In this document: in pieces, positions 61,843 to 64,000 of the stretch | Layout of the letters: each line of letters begins with the position of its first letter | Position numbering within the stretch: position 1 is the first letter of the stretch | NCBI RefSeq assembly: GCF_008831285.2 | Contig: NC_045138.2 | Coordinates: forward strand, 39,432,001-39,496,000 | DNA length: 64,000 nucleotides | Reading direction: 5' to 3' | Source of the DNA: Nymphaea colorata | Taxonomy: Eukaryota | Program-made: the position numbers and the translations under genes | The notes under the pieces: model-generated | The model's input: only the letters and a program-made list of their open reading frames with translations | Told to the model about the DNA's origin: nothing | Databases searched by the model: none

Positions 61843-64000
61843 GTGAGCCTTCTTACTTACCCCTCCTGGCTTTGATTAGTCCCTTCTTTTTTTCAACAGG
61901 ATCGCTTGTATGTGGGGAGCTCCGTTTCGATTGTCGATATGGTTTAAGAGAACTCCTGTGTTGTGTCCTTTTTTGCGAGAGATCATTTCCTTCAACATTA
62001 GGTATCGGATGTAATAAATAGGACTTTTTCTGCTTCTTAGTTAAGGATACTTCCCGTTACTTGAAGATCTTTCCTAAATTTCAGGCATGATCTTCCTAAA
62101 TTGCTGGCATGATTTGGACATGGCCCAAGTCTAATTCGAATCTCGATTAAGCGTTCACGGTTCTTATGTGCTATGCCGTGGTGTTCGTTTGCTTTTCTTC
62201 TGTTTGCTTAGATTGATTGAGTGCGCAGGTTAATCGGCAGCTGATTTTGCTTGTGTATCTGGTCTGCTCTTCTTTTTTTTCATCTTATGAGAAGGGGATC
62301 TTGTATTTCTGGTTGGTTGAATCTAAACTTGTTTATAGGAGCTTTCAGGTGAAGGGTATCATTTGTTGCACGTTCAATACTTGCAGTGGATAATGCGTTA
62401 GGGAATACTAGTTGTGTTGGTTAGAATTGTCACCTGGTTGCATTTCCCTTTCTGTTAGTGTGTAGTAAGCGGTTTACTGTTAATTTTTCTGGATATTTTC
62501 GTGCATTGTGTCCTTACATGTTGCTTCTATTGAATGTCAATGCCGTTTTTTTTTTTTCTTTTCGTGTTTACTCGTACTACTGTGTACATGGTATGCAGGT
62601 TCGTCCTTCTTGAATCCCTTTCTCCTATTTATTTCTTTGCACATGCTGTAGACTGTCATTTTTAGTCCATTTTTGGTTGTGTAATTGTTGTCTGATGTGA
62701 GGTGTAGGAGATTGCCATTGCCTCAAATAAGCCGAAACATTTGTTTGCAATGTTTGGGGAGGAAAGGGGATTTTGAAATGTCTATTTTTTTATTGTTTAG
62801 CAAATTTAAGTAAGATGATCCATTCTGAATCTTGATCCATCAGGTCTGAGATGTGGAAGTATTTTGCACGTAACATTCAAATTAACTTCTGTTAGCATGT
62901 AAGGGAGAATCCTATTCTTTAAAAGAAGGAAGGTTCACGCCACGCTCGTATCGCAGTTCATCATATGCAATAGTAGGTTTATAACCAAAGACAGGATGTG
63001 TAAAACAAAAGTAATCATTCCCATTTGAATCGGTGTTGATATGATAATGGCAAGGCAATGATTTACACTTACAAAAGTGTCTTTCTCTGCATTGAGTTTC
63101 TAGCTTAATGGATGTTCCCATCTATTTTCAAGGTTAGCCTTGGAATTTCACTGAAGACGTGTAAAGAGCGCTTGATGCTTTTTCATTGTGATTATTTTCA
63201 TTTTGTGATATTTGACACGCCATCACTCCTCATAAATGTGACCTCCTTAGCAAGGTATTCAATCTTGAGATATAGTCACAGATTCTAGACTCTGCACAGA
63301 ACAAATGATGGGCTTCCAATCGATTAAGATGGATAGCTGTGGAACATCCTTAGCAATAGGTAACTCTGTGGCAGTGATGTCCACAAAGCTCAAACGTGCT
63401 AGTTCATAATTGTATCCTGAACCTTGGATGCAAATAACATGATAGACGGATAACATTTTGAGCAACAGAAACACTTGAAAAAATTGCCTGTTACAAATTG
63501 TAGCTTGCATTTTACTTGTTTACCTCCTGTTGAGGACAGCGCAAGAAATTTTAACTATAATGTTATCTTCTGTTCTTTGTCTCCTACTCTTTTAGCTGCT
63601 TAAAAATGTAGCCTTAGCTGTAACTACAATTGGAAAAAAGTGAAACTGTTAGAAGGGACCCAAAACATAGTTCAACGAGTGGGATTGCAGCCACGTGGTA
63701 GTGAAAATGTAACATAACTGAAAATCTTCTGCTGAATTTCTAAGGCCTTCCAGGCTTTTACCATGATATCATATGTTCATTGTGGATTTTTCAGGATATT
63801 CAGATATCTCATGAACTGAATAATCCTTGGAGGCTCTGGTGTCCTCCATTTTTTAGTCTATAGGGATGAACCAGTAGATACTAATTTGAAGTTGTTTTCC
63901 TATCGCTAGCATGTTTCCAGGTACTGTTTATCATTCCTCTAAATGCTGCTTTACCTCCTTCAGACTTATTTCCCTCTGACTTACTAGGTTAAGCTTTCAT

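Overview
Angiosperm nuclear DNA, with spliceosomal introns, LTR retrotransposons and MITEs; the species cannot be established from sequence alone. The left two-thirds is a tandem array of intronless, minus-strand UGT72-like (group E) UDP-glycosyltransferases at different stages of birth and death. It has three intact copies (20235-21677, 30109-31539, 34651-36081), one copy broken only by a 4-bp duplication (40697-42137), one copy with a 937-bp internal deletion (3321-3826) and a ~140-bp relic (37842-37983). These copies sit in recognisable segmental duplications. Interspersed are a structurally complete Ty1/copia element (10727-16174), a truncated related copia whose leader holds an inverted LTR+PBS pair, a TRIM-like element, minisatellites and MITEs. 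The right third holds ordinary genes: two small uncharacterised plant proteins, a 7-exon GABA transporter 2-like permease with a GC-AG intron, and the probable first exon of a small membrane protein. I found no CRISPR array, RNA gene or clearly novel multi-gene system. The best leads are functional diversification and mosaicism in the UGT array and the inverted LTR structure. All alignments and identities were done by eye.
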